In this document: piece after piece, positions 49,247 to 58,576 of the stretch
Layout: each line of letters starts with the position of its first letter
Position numbering within the stretch: position 1 is the first letter of the stretch
Source of the DNA: Longimicrobiales bacterium
GTDB lineage: Bacteria > Gemmatimonadota > Gemmatimonadetes > Longimicrobiales > Gaopeijiaceae
Reading direction: 5' to 3'
Assembly: GCA_041690395.1 (NCBI GenBank)
Contig: JAWLHJ010000002.1
Span: 596,751-660,750 of the forward strand
Length of the DNA stretch: 64,000 bases
The notes under the pieces: generated by a model
Databases searched by the model: none
What the model was told of the DNA's origin: nothing
The model's input: the letters and a program-made list of their open reading frames with translations, nothing else
Translations under genes and position numbers: made by a program

Positions 49247-50257
49247 CTACCGCTGCCTCGCCAGCCACACGAGGATTTCGTCCAACGCCGCGGGCGAGAA
49301 CGTGTGGCGGGTCCTGCCGGGCACCACGCGGACGGTGGCGTCCGCCGTGGGCGCCGCGGCTATGCCGCGCTCCAGCGCCGCCACGTAGTCGTCCATGGGA
49401 GTGTTGGGGTCCTCCGTCCCGATGAGCACCAGCACGGGCCCCGTCAGCGCCGCGAGCGCCGCCTCTGGCACGAACGCCAGCCGGTCGTGCCAGAGGCGAC
49501 TCGCGAAGAAGCGCATCTGCCGCTCGTCGGCGGGGAAGGCCGCATTCCTCGGCAACTCCGCGCGAGAGCGTGCCCGCAGCGCCTCGAGCCGGTACAGCCG
49601 GTCGCCCGGTGTCCGGGTGCCGAGCACCGTCTCGGCGATTTCCCGGGTGTAGGCGTCTAGCGCCTCGAGCTCGTCCGGGCCGGCGCCCTGGTTATCCGCG
49701 ATCCACCGCTGCTCCATGCGGAACGCCTCGACGCCCGGGAACGCCGGCGGAGCAATGAGGACGAGCGGGACGGCGGGATCGCTCCCCGCGGCGAACAGCA
49801 TGGCCTGCGGCGTGTTGTCGCCCTGCGCCACCAGCGCGACCGCGTCGCCGTCGACGGACGCGAGGCTCCGCAGGTAAGCCATGGCCGCCGCGACATCTCC
49901 AGCGAGATCCTCGAAGGTGGCGCGCAGGAGCGGCTCGACCGTCACGAAGCCGCGCAGCTCCGGCGCCAGCACCGCGTAGCCCTCGCCCACGAGGCGCTCC
50001 ACGGCCGGGTCCGTGCCCGCCACGGACAGCAACACGACGCCGGCGTGCGGGCCCGCTCCAGCCGGTAGGGCGAGCGTCGCGGAGAGCTCCGTACCGTCGC
50101 GCGGGTTGAGGTAGCGAACCTGCTCGGTCGGGGGCGCGGTCTGGGCCGCTGACGGAGCCGCGACCAGTGAGCCGGCGACGACGGCGAACCAGACGGCGAC
50201 CCGCATCACGGCAAGGATTCCGGACGAAACGGAGTGTGCGTGGACGCTTGGAGACAT
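49247..50257 (-). CDS. Secreted alpha/beta-hydrolase-fold protein, probably lacking the nucleophile
   Basis: LSATLALP..GPHAGVVLL, PVLVLIGTEDP, RHTF; nucleophile elbow reads ALVAQGD instead of GxSxG. Confidence 0.7.
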   Translation of the reverse strand: MSPSVHAHSVSSGILAVMRVAVWFAVVAGSLVAAPSAAQTAPPTEQVRYLNPRDGTELSATLALPAGAGPHAGVVLLSVAGTDPAVERLVGEGYAVLAPELRGFVTVEPLLRATFEDLAGDVAAAMAYLRSLASVDGDAVALVAQGDNTPQAMLFAAGSDPAVPLVLIAPPAFPGVEAFRMEQRWIADNQGAGPDELEALDAYTREIAETVLGTRTPGDRLYRLEALRARSRAELPRNAAFPADERQMRFFASRLWHDRLAFVPEAALAALTGPVLVLIGTEDPNTPMDDYVAALERGIAAAPTADATVRVVPGRTRHTFSPAALDEILVWLARQR

Positions 50258-50591
50258 GACGGCTCTACGATGCGAAAGTGGGGACGGTCCATCCTCCCAC
50301 CCGTCGGGCGACCGCTGGTTCCCTTCCAACATCCTATCCCGCAGGAAGATACGCTGCCGTGCGGTCACCAGGAAGGACGGGATCTCGACGTCCCCGGTGC
50401 CGATGGAGCAACCTCCCTCGCACGGGCGGGCGATGCTCGGGGACGGTCGATCGGGAGACAAGGACCACGCCTGGCCAGCCTCACCGCCACCGCCGCAATA
50501 TGACGTAGATCCTTGCCAGCCTGCCTCTCGGTACGTAGTTGGATACATTGATATTCGGCTATGTGACCCATCACCGTAGGGAGGTTCAGGT

Positions 50592-50885
50592 ATGACCAAG
50601 GACGAATTTTCGGCGAAGCTCGCGAAGCAGGCGGATCTGAGCAAAGCCAAGGCGCGCGAAGTGATCGACTGCATCTTCTCGACGGAACCGAGAGAAGGGA
50701 TCATCGCCGTCGAGCTCGACGCTGGGCGTGACTTCACCGTGTCCGGCTTCGGCACCTTCGGCACGCGGCGCCGCAAGGCACGCGAGGGCCGCAACCCCCG
50801 CACCGGCGAGACCATCCAGATTCCGGCGATGACCGTTCCGACCTTCAAGGCCGGCAAGGGGCTCAAGGATCGCGTTCGCACCTGA
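50592..50885 (+). CDS. hup: DNA-binding protein HU
   Basis: MTKDEF, GFGTF, REGRNPRTGETIQIPA, PTFKAGKGLKD. Confidence 0.95.
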   Translation: MTKDEFSAKLAKQADLSKAKAREVIDCIFSTEPREGIIAVELDAGRDFTVSGFGTFGTRRRKAREGRNPRTGETIQIPAMTVPTFKAGKGLKDRVRT

Positions 50886-50949
50886 GCCGCCTTCGACCCG
50901 ACGGCCCGAGTGAGCGACCTCGGCAGCCCCACCGGGTAACGAGTGCCGG

Positions 50950-50991
50950 AAGCCCCGCCCGAGGTAGTTGTCTCGGGCGGGGCTTTTCTTT
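50950..50991 (+). terminator. Intrinsic terminator after HU
   Basis: AAGCCCCGCCCGAG...CTCGGGCGGGGCTT followed by TTCTTT. Confidence 0.85.
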
Positions 50992-51083
50992 CATGCCTGA
51001 TACTTCGTCGCGCCCGCGAACCGTGGGCATGTGACGGCCCACGTGGGCCGTCACTTCTTCGGGCGTCCGATCGTTGACGGGGC

Positions 51084-51764
51084 ATGACTCCACATCGCCG
51101 TCGTCTCGCCGCTCGGGCCACCCTGGCCCTTCTCGCTATGGCCGCGGTGGCCGCCCATCCTCTGTCGGCGCAGGCCTCCGGCACCACGTTCGGCATCGGC
51201 TTCGGGCCGTTCAAGGCGTATCCGGACGAGTTCGAGGGCGGGGGCTGCGAGGGCAGCTACGTCGGATTCAACCTCGGGGCGCGCCGGGCGCTGTCGAGCG
51301 TCGTGGCGATCGAGGGCAGCGTGGCATGGACCGGCTCGCTCGCGACGTCCTGCGTACTGGCGAACGACGCGCTCAGTCGCCCCGCTCCCATGGACGGCGA
51401 TACGTACAGTCGTACATCCCTGGCGCCGGAAATCCCCGGCGAGACCTTCTGGGCGACGAGGCTGGGAGCGGTCGTGTCGCCGTGGACGACCGGCCCCGTC
51501 ACTCCGCTCCTGCGGGTGACCGGCGGCCGTCTCTGGAGCAAGAGGCTCTGGACGTGGACCGCCGGGGCCGGGCTTCGCTACGGCTTCGGGCGCCAGGCCG
51601 TGGTCCTCGATGTGGAGCGGTGGAACCTGGCATACGACGTCACCCGGGAGACGTGGATCTACCGTGAGAGCGCGGCCGACGAGCTGCAGAGCAGCGAAGT
51701 CGTGGAGCGTCGTCCGAGGCCCTGGTTCCTTCGGCTGGGCTGGGAGATGACGGTGGGGCGGTGA
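51084..51764 (+). CDS. Small outer-membrane beta-barrel protein
   Basis: Signal peptide ending LSAQ, about 8 amphipathic strands, C-terminal FLRLGWE. Confidence 0.7.
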   Translation: MTPHRRRLAARATLALLAMAAVAAHPLSAQASGTTFGIGFGPFKAYPDEFEGGGCEGSYVGFNLGARRALSSVVAIEGSVAWTGSLATSCVLANDALSRPAPMDGDTYSRTSLAPEIPGETFWATRLGAVVSPWTTGPVTPLLRVTGGRLWSKRLWTWTAGAGLRYGFGRQAVVLDVERWNLAYDVTRETWIYRESAADELQSSEVVERRPRPWFLRLGWEMTVGR

Positions 51765-51768
51765 GGAG

Positions 51769-52306
51769 TCAGCGATCCCCTGTCCTGACCCAGCGGGCCC
51801 CTCGTCCTCGTCCTTCCACCCTGAGCCCTCCCTCGTCGCGGAGGTTACGCAGAACGTGCCGGATCATGTCTCGGCTGACACCGGGACAATCCTCCTCGAT
51901 CTCGGAGATCGCGAATGGAGCCGAGCGCCGAGCCACAGCGGCTTCGACCAGGGCGGTCTTTGCTCCGCGGCCTCCGAGCACCCGTCCCGCGCGATCGCGA
52001 AACTCGTCGTACCCCCTGAGCAGCGTGCCCCAGAAGTACGATCTCCTGTTCCGATCGGTCGGTGGGTTGCGCGTCACGGAGGATCACCGCCCGCAAGCGA
52101 TCCGGAGGGGCCACGACACCCTCCAAGCGGCTCGAGGATTCCGACGACTCGACGATCGCGATGGTTCGCAGAGCGTCCAGTGCCTCAGGCACCTGCTGCC
52201 GGTACAGCTCCTCCTCGCCTCGATGCTCGCCCAACGACCGTAGGGTCGATCCATGCTCGGACGTGAGCCTCAGTCCATCGAGGAAGGACGCGGTGAGGGA
52301 ATGCAT
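51769..52306 (-). pseudogene. Fic-family gene remnant with internal deletion and frameshift
   Basis: N-terminus MHSL...ESSESSSRLEG...RSEQEI joins out of frame near 52040 to a C-terminal wHTH (YFWG...PGVSRDMIRHVL...GRGRGARW); no HPFxxGNGR motif. Confidence 0.8.
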
Positions 52307-52411
52307 GGCGAGAGGATGAAAGAGGGTAACAAACCTCCACATGGAGGTACTGGGCACCCCATTATTACCCCTATTGGGTCCACGGAGCCAGGATTCCGTC
52401 GGCTGCGGGTG

Positions 52412-52610
52412 TTCCGTAACGATCTGAGTGGCCGTCGTGAATCCGTCCGGTCGCGAGAACCGAAGGGGCTCCAGTGGGCCTGGGAAGATTTGAGCTGCGG
52501 GCTCACCTGGGTGCTGGTTCGTCGCTGCGCGACGCCGACTGGCCCTCGCTCCCCTACGCCGCTGAACGCGGCTCCGGGTGAACTTCCGTAACGAGCTGAG
52601 TGCCTGTCGT
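52412..52610 (-). repeat. Degenerate tandem repeats containing the tRNA-Ile 3' end
   Basis: AGTGGGCCTGGGAAGATTTGA at 52473-52493 is identical to 52668-52688; TTCCGTAACGAxCTGAGTGxCxGTCGTGA occurs at 52412 and 52584. Confidence 0.85.
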
Positions 52611-52630
52611 GAGGTCGGAAGCCTTCGGAT

Positions 52631-52666
52631 AAAAAAACCCGTCCGGTTGTCATAACCGGACGGGTT
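52631..52666 (-). terminator. Intrinsic terminator after tRNA-Ile
   Basis: AACCCGTCCGGTT-atgac-AACCGGACGGG followed by T7 on the minus strand. Confidence 0.9.
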
Positions 52667-52669
52667 GAG

Positions 52670-52743
<74 letters not shown>

Positions 52744-52879
52744 AGCACGATCCTGCCCACGACGGGTCGCGGGACAGGCCGGTTAAGGTATTCAGGGCGA
52801 CCCCAACGTTCAACCGCCCACCGCACTTTCATCGGTGTCCCCGAGAACCCGAGCCCACGCCACGGGTAGGGAACGCTCC

Positions 52880-53482
52880 ATGTCATCGATCGCACGTACC
52901 ATCACCCGAGCCTCCCTGCTGGCGTTCGCCCTGGCCGTGTCCGTCGCGCCGCTCTCGCTCGCGACCGCGCAGCGCGCGTCGGCCCAGACGCTTCCGGAGC
53001 TCACCGCCTCGCCCGATTCGGCGGCGGCGCTCTTCATCCGGTCCGTCCGCTCCATGCGGTGGAGCGCGGCGGCCCAGTTCATGGATCCGGAGCCCCTCGC
53101 CCTCTTCCACGACGTCGTGACGATGATCACGGAGCCCGACGCGTCCGGCGATCTGCTCGACTACCTGACCGGCACGGATCGAGCGGAGTACGGCGCCCTC
53201 GACGCGCCCGAGGTGTTCGACCGCGCCCTCACGACCCTTACGGGCGACATGCCGGGCCTCACCTACTCGCTCCAGGACCGGGACGACGAGTTCATCGGAC
53301 ACGTGATGGAAGCGCCCGACTCCGCGCACGTGGTCTACCGCACGCAATCGCGCCTCAGCGGCGCGCTCCCTGAGGTGAAGGTGATGCAGATGCGCCGGGG
53401 GCCAGCAGGTTGGCGGGTCCTCTGGAGCGACGAGCTGGACGTGCTGGAAACCGCGCTGCGCGGGTCGGGCCGGTTGCGCTGA
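52880..53482 (+). CDS. Hypothetical secreted protein
   Basis: Signal peptide ending ASAQ, GC3-rich codons, NTF2-like ending (GWRV). Confidence 0.75.
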   Translation: MSSIARTITRASLLAFALAVSVAPLSLATAQRASAQTLPELTASPDSAAALFIRSVRSMRWSAAAQFMDPEPLALFHDVVTMITEPDASGDLLDYLTGTDRAEYGALDAPEVFDRALTTLTGDMPGLTYSLQDRDDEFIGHVMEAPDSAHVVYRTQSRLSGALPEVKVMQMRRGPAGWRVLWSDELDVLETALRGSGRLR

Positions 53483-53509
53483 GCGGTGCCGCCGGCGGCG
53501 ACCCGTCAC

Positions 53510-54127
53510 CTACGCCTCCTCGACCCTACCACTCCCACGCGTGAGGTCGGCGACCGCACGCCGGAACGCGTCCGCCCGGGGCGCCGGGACCCCGCACACG
53601 TAGCGCACGTCCGCACCGTACGTCTCGTCCTCGACCACCACGTCCATCTCGGTGACGAGTCGCTGGAGCGCGTCGACCTCCGCGTACCCGACGCGCACTT
53701 CGAGTGCCACCCGATCCACGCGATCCTCGGTCGGAAGCGTGTCGAGCGCGGCCTTCACGCCCCCGGAATACGCCCGCCCGAGCCCGCCGGTCCCGAGCTT
53801 GACCCCGCCGTAGTACCGGGCGCATACCGCCACGACCTCCCCCACCCCGCCGTGCAGGAGCGCGGTCAGCATGGGGCGCCCCGCAGTGCCGTGCGGCTCG
53901 CCGTCGTCGCTCATGCCGATGTGGGTCGTGCTCCCCGGCGGTCCCGCCACGAACGCCCAGCAGTGGTGCGTGGCATCCGGGAACTCCTCCCGCACCCGCT
54001 CCACGAACGCATGCGCCGCCTCGGCGTCGGGTGCGTGCGCCAACGTCGTTATGAACCGGCTCCGCTGGATGGTCTCCTCGACGCGGTGCACGCGTGCCGG
54101 GATGGGGTAGCGGGCCGGATCGCTCAC
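53510..54127 (-). CDS. yigZ: YigZ/IMPACT family protein
   Basis: RSRFI, DATHHCWAF, SDDGEPHGTAGRPML, RYYGGVKLGTGGLGRAY. Confidence 0.93.
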   Translation of the reverse strand: MSDPARYPIPARVHRVEETIQRSRFITTLAHAPDAEAAHAFVERVREEFPDATHHCWAFVAGPPGSTTHIGMSDDGEPHGTAGRPMLTALLHGGVGEVVAVCARYYGGVKLGTGGLGRAYSGGVKAALDTLPTEDRVDRVALEVRVGYAEVDALQRLVTEMDVVVEDETYGADVRYVCGVPAPRADAFRRAVADLTRGSGRVEEA

Positions 54128-54149
54128 GGGCGGGTGGCTGCGGGCACGC

Positions 54150-55658
54150 TCACCCGGCGGCGTCCGGCAACCGTGACCTCAGAGCCCGGTCCGCCTCCCG
54201 CCCCAGCTCCACCGAGAGGTCGGCGAGGGCCCGGATATCCTCCGGACCGGTACGGAAGTTGACGATGCACATGCGCAGCGCGTGGACGCCGTCGATGACC
54301 GCGTGGGAGACGAACGCGCGACCCGATCGCTCCATGCGCTCCTGGACCTCCTGGTTGAGGGCGTTCAGGTAGTCGCGGACCTCCGGCTCGGCCCGGCGCT
54401 CCCGCAGGTCGACGGGGACGTAGCGGTACGTCGTGATGCTGAGCTGCTGGGTGAGCGCCTCGAGCTCCTCGTGCCGGTCGGCGAGGCCGTGGAACGCGCG
54501 GGCGAGGTCGATGTCCTCCGCGATCATCTCGCGATACGCCGCGGCCCCCGCCTGTCGCAGCTGAACCCACACCTTCAGCGCCCGGAACCCGCGCGAGTTC
54601 TGGATGCCGCGCTCGAAGTAGTTGTGCGCCCCGGCGTCGTCGAAGTGGTAGTACTCGGGACGGTACGAGAACGCCCGGAGCAGCGCCTGGGGATCGCGAA
54701 CCAGCGTGCATCCGGCCTCGGCGGGCGTGTACATCCACTTGTGCGGATCGAGCGCCACCGAGTCGGCCAGCGCGAGGCCGCGCAGGTCGTCCGGCGCGTT
54801 GGGTGCCGCGGCCGCGAACGCGCCGTATGCGCCGTCCACGTGGAACCAGAGCCCGTACCGGTCGGCGATCTCGCGCAGGCGCGGGAGTGGATCGACCACC
54901 CCGGTCGACACGGAGCCGCCCGTCCCCACCACGAGGAAGGGCCGGTCACCGGCGAGCCGGTCGGCCTCGATGCGCTCCACGAGGGCGTCCAGGTCGATCC
55001 GCCCATGGGCGTCCGTCTCCACCCATCGCACGCCGTCGGTCCCGATGCCGGACAGGTCGGCGGCCTTCTCGATCCAGGTGTGCGTGCCGTGCGGCACGTA
55101 CGCCCGGAGCGGACCGCCCCGCTCGGCGCGCATCCCGTCCCGCCGCACGTCCCATCCGGCCTTCGCCGCCCGGGCCGCCCAGAACCCGAGCATGTTGGCC
55201 ACGTTGCCGCCGCTCACGAAGATCCCGTCACCCCCGGAGGGGAAGCCGACCAGCTCGGCCACCCAGCGGACGGCCTGCGCCTCGATCTCGCTCGCCATGG
55301 GCGAGAGGGCCCAGGCGCCCATGTTGGGGTTGAGCGCCGAGGCCAGAAAGTCGGCGAGCATACCGGACGGCGCGGGGGCACCGGTGATGTATCCGAAGAA
55401 ACGCGGGTGGCCGTTGAATGTGGAGTGCGGCACGAGCGTGCGAAGCGCCTCGCCCATCAACTCCGCGGTGTCCGTTCCTTGCTCGGGCAACGGCCGGCCC
55501 GCGTCGAGCGCGCTCCTGACGGCTTCCGGGGTGACATCAGGCGCGACCGGCCGTGTCCTCATCGACGCGAGGAGGCCGGCGATGTCGTCCACCAGACGGT
55601 GGCCCGCCTCGGCGAACACCTCGGGATCGAGGTCCAGCGGTGTCTTGCGCTCGGTCAT
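54150..55658 (-). CDS. Group II PLP-dependent decarboxylase (aromatic/glutamate decarboxylase family)
   Basis: HPRFFGY, GIFVSGGNVAN, WFHVDGAYG, ADSVALDPHKW, SRGFRALK, LRMCIVNFRT; alternative start at 55691. Confidence 0.9.
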   Translation of the reverse strand: MTERKTPLDLDPEVFAEAGHRLVDDIAGLLASMRTRPVAPDVTPEAVRSALDAGRPLPEQGTDTAELMGEALRTLVPHSTFNGHPRFFGYITGAPAPSGMLADFLASALNPNMGAWALSPMASEIEAQAVRWVAELVGFPSGGDGIFVSGGNVANMLGFWAARAAKAGWDVRRDGMRAERGGPLRAYVPHGTHTWIEKAADLSGIGTDGVRWVETDAHGRIDLDALVERIEADRLAGDRPFLVVGTGGSVSTGVVDPLPRLREIADRYGLWFHVDGAYGAFAAAAPNAPDDLRGLALADSVALDPHKWMYTPAEAGCTLVRDPQALLRAFSYRPEYYHFDDAGAHNYFERGIQNSRGFRALKVWVQLRQAGAAAYREMIAEDIDLARAFHGLADRHEELEALTQQLSITTYRYVPVDLRERRAEPEVRDYLNALNQEVQERMERSGRAFVSHAVIDGVHALRMCIVNFRTGPEDIRALADLSVELGREADRALRSRLPDAAG

Positions 55659-55752
55659 GGTCTGTCGTTCCTGAAGAGCCTGCACGCTCATGTTCGCCTC
55701 GTGGGTGGAGTGGATCCGTCACGAGGAGTACAGCATCGGAACCGTCCCGGGA

Positions 55753-56538
55753 TCAGCTCCTCGCCATCCGGTCCAGAAACTCCCGCTCCGCGGTCGTCAA
55801 ACTCGAGGCGCCGGACGCCCGCACCTTCTCGAGCAGCCGCTCCACTTCCTCACGGTTCAGCTCGTGCATGGTCTCCACGCGGATCCCCTTCCAGCGAGAC
55901 ACCGCCATGCGGTCACCGACCAGCCCGGAGGACGCGACCGGCGGAGACATCTTCCTCTGGAAGTCGCGCTTCCCCTTCCCCTTCTTCCAGTCCCACCACT
56001 TCAGGAAGACGAAGCCGAACGCGAGGCCGCCGAGGTGCGCGAAGTGGGCCGTGCGCGACTGGCTGCTGGGGTTGATCCCGGCGTAGAGCGAGCCGAAGAC
56101 GAGCAGGCCGGCCAGGAGCCAGGCCGGCACCGGCAGGATGCCCCAGATGTAGATGCGCTCGTGCGGCCAGAGCATCGCAAAGCCGAGAAGCACGCCGTAC
56201 ACGGCCGCCGATGCACCGACCACGGGAAACTCGCGCGCGAACATGAAGCTGAACGCGGCGCCTCCGAGCCCGGACAGGAAGTAGAGACCCAGGAAGCCCT
56301 TGGGTCCGAGTCGATCCTCGAGCCTGGGCCCGAAGAAGAAGAGCCCGATCATGTTGAAGATCAGGTGACCGATGCCCGCGTGCAGGAACATGTACGTGAA
56401 GACCGTCCACGGCTGCACGAGCACGGCCGGCGGATAGAGCCACAACAGCCGATAGACCGGGCTTCCCGGCTGCGCGATGAAGAACATCACCACGTTGGCG
56501 AGAAGGAGCCTGCGGACCCACATGGTCATCGGAAACAT
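55753..56538 (-). CDS. Rhomboid intramembrane serine protease with a C-terminal helical domain
   Basis: YMFLHAG..HLIFNM, VGASAA (Ser), AHFAHLGG (His), tail VERLLEKV..SG..SLT..EREFL. Confidence 0.93.
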   Translation of the reverse strand: MFPMTMWVRRLLLANVVMFFIAQPGSPVYRLLWLYPPAVLVQPWTVFTYMFLHAGIGHLIFNMIGLFFFGPRLEDRLGPKGFLGLYFLSGLGGAAFSFMFAREFPVVGASAAVYGVLLGFAMLWPHERIYIWGILPVPAWLLAGLLVFGSLYAGINPSSQSRTAHFAHLGGLAFGFVFLKWWDWKKGKGKRDFQRKMSPPVASSGLVGDRMAVSRWKGIRVETMHELNREEVERLLEKVRASGASSLTTAEREFLDRMARS

Positions 56539-56820
56539 GGTGGCGCTGCCTGCTGTCGTCGGTCGGTTCCTGGGATGGTTCGAGCCCCACGGATCGCTCG
56601 GGCGTCGGGCCCCGCGTCAGGGCCCGGAAACTCGCCCGATGCGTGCGGCGTTGCCAGGGGGCGGGGTCGCGGGTCGCACCGGGGCGCTGCACCGGAGGCC
56701 GCACGGTTTCCCGGCGCGGGCCTCCCTTGTGCCGCCCTTCGGCGCCGGGCGATCGTACCCGCATGATGCGCGCCGCCGCCGGACCCGACCCGATCACCTC
56801 CCTGCCCCGTCCTGCCCACC

Positions 56821-58131
56821 ATGTCCGCTGAACGCCCGCCCGTCGTCATCGTGGGCGCCGGTGCCGCGGGGCTCATGGCGGCGCTGTTCGCCGCCCGGGC
56901 CGGAGCCCCGGTGGTCCTGGTGGAAGGCACGAAGGACGGCGGGCGGAAGATCCTCATCAGCGGCGGCGGTCGCTGCAACATCCTGCCGTCCGTGCCCACG
57001 CCCCGGCGCTACGTGACCGACTCGTCACCGAATACGCTGCGCAACCTGCTGATGCGGTGGCCGCTCCGGGAGCAGCGGGCATTCTTCGAGCGGGAGCTCG
57101 CGATGCCGCTCGAGCTCGAGCCGGAGACGGGGAAGCTCTTCCCGTCGAGCCACAAGGCCCGCGACGTGCGGGACGGGCTGGTGCGGCGGGTGCGCGAGGC
57201 AGGCGCCAGGACGTGGTTCGGGACGCGCGTGCTCGACGTGACGCCCGCGGCCGAGGCCCCCGTGGGTGAGGGGTCCTCAGGTGACGGCGACCGCGCCGCC
57301 AGGGATTCCGGCGGGAGCGGTGGGGTCCGCTGGCGCGTCGCGCTGGCCGGCGCTCCGCCGATCGAGGCCGCGGCGGTCGTGATCGCGACCGGGGGACTCT
57401 CCGTGCCGGCCACCGGCAGCGACGGGTTCGGGCTGGACCTCGCCCGGCGACTCGGGCTGACGGTCCACGACACCTACCCGGCGCTCACCCCCCTGACCGC
57501 CGATCCGCACCCGCACGCCGCGCTCTCGGGCGTCTCGCTCGAGGTGACCATCCGGGCACCGGACGCGGAGCCGCCGTTCGAGACAACGGGCGGTTTCCTG
57601 TTCACGCACCGCGGGTGGAGCGGACCGACCGTGCTCGACGCATCGCACCTGGCCATCCGCGGTCGCGCGGACGGGTCGCGGCAGGAGCTCCTGGTCGCGT
57701 GGGACGGCGCCACGGCCGGGGCCTGGGACGAGCGGCTCGGGCCCGGGAGCGGCACGGTCCGCACGGCGCTCTCGGACCACCTGCCGCGGAGGCTCGGCGA
57801 CCTGCTGCTGGCAGAGACAGGTGTGCCCGAGGACACCCCGCTCGCCCAGCTCCGCCGCGAGCAGCGGCTCGCCCTGGTCGAAGCCGTCACGGCATACCGG
57901 CTCCCGTGGACGGGCGACGAGGGATACAAGAAGGCCGAGGTCACGGGGGGCGGCGTGTCGCTCGCCGAGGTCGTGCCGCTCACCATGGAGACGAAGAAGC
58001 ATCCGGGGCTCTTCCTGTGCGGCGAAGTGCTCGACGCGTTCGGCCCCATCGGTGGGCACAACTTCATGTGGGCCTGGAGCACCGGACGCACCGCGGGCGA
58101 GGCGGCGGCGGAGCGGGCGCTGGCGGGCTGA
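56821..58131 (+). CDS. HI0933/BaiN/YhiN family flavoprotein
   Basis: GAGAAG, GRKILISGGGRCN, ATGGLS, LFTHRGWSGP, AEVTGGGV, GEVLD..GPIGGHN. Confidence 0.93.
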   Translation: MSAERPPVVIVGAGAAGLMAALFAARAGAPVVLVEGTKDGGRKILISGGGRCNILPSVPTPRRYVTDSSPNTLRNLLMRWPLREQRAFFERELAMPLELEPETGKLFPSSHKARDVRDGLVRRVREAGARTWFGTRVLDVTPAAEAPVGEGSSGDGDRAARDSGGSGGVRWRVALAGAPPIEAAAVVIATGGLSVPATGSDGFGLDLARRLGLTVHDTYPALTPLTADPHPHAALSGVSLEVTIRAPDAEPPFETTGGFLFTHRGWSGPTVLDASHLAIRGRADGSRQELLVAWDGATAGAWDERLGPGSGTVRTALSDHLPRRLGDLLLAETGVPEDTPLAQLRREQRLALVEAVTAYRLPWTGDEGYKKAEVTGGGVSLAEVVPLTMETKKHPGLFLCGEVLDAFGPIGGHNFMWAWSTGRTAGEAAAERALAG

Positions 58132-58223
58132 CCGGACGAGCGTCACGGCGGACTGGCTCCTGCGGGGGACCCTATGTAGATTCGCACCCATGTAGATCAT
58201 CGCAGTCACGAACCCGACATCCC

Positions 58224-58556
58224 ATGACGAAGACCCTGAGCTACAACGCAGCCCTGGTGCTCCAGACCATCGCGAACGGGCACGGCTACGGCTTCGAGAT
58301 CATGCGCGCCACCGACCTGCCGAGCGGCACCGTGTATCCGATCCTGCGCCGCCTCGAGGCCGGCGGGCTGGTGGAGTCGAGCTGGGAGGACCCGGGCCGC
58401 GCGCATGAGAAGGGGCGCCCGCCGCGCTGCTACTACCGCCCGACCCCGGAAGGCGCCTCCGAGCTCGCCGAGGCGCGAGAGCGGTTGGCCCGCCAGCAGA
58501 CGCACTTCGGCCTGTCCGCCCGACCGGCCGCGGAAGGCGGAGGAGGCGACCGCTGA
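58224..58556 (+). CDS. PadR family transcriptional regulator
   Basis: YGFEI, SGTVYPILRRLE, RPPRCYY. Confidence 0.9.
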   Translation: MTKTLSYNAALVLQTIANGHGYGFEIMRATDLPSGTVYPILRRLEAGGLVESSWEDPGRAHEKGRPPRCYYRPTPEGASELAEARERLARQQTHFGLSARPAAEGGGGDR

Positions 58557-58576
58557 GCGGCGGAGCGGGTCGGAGC

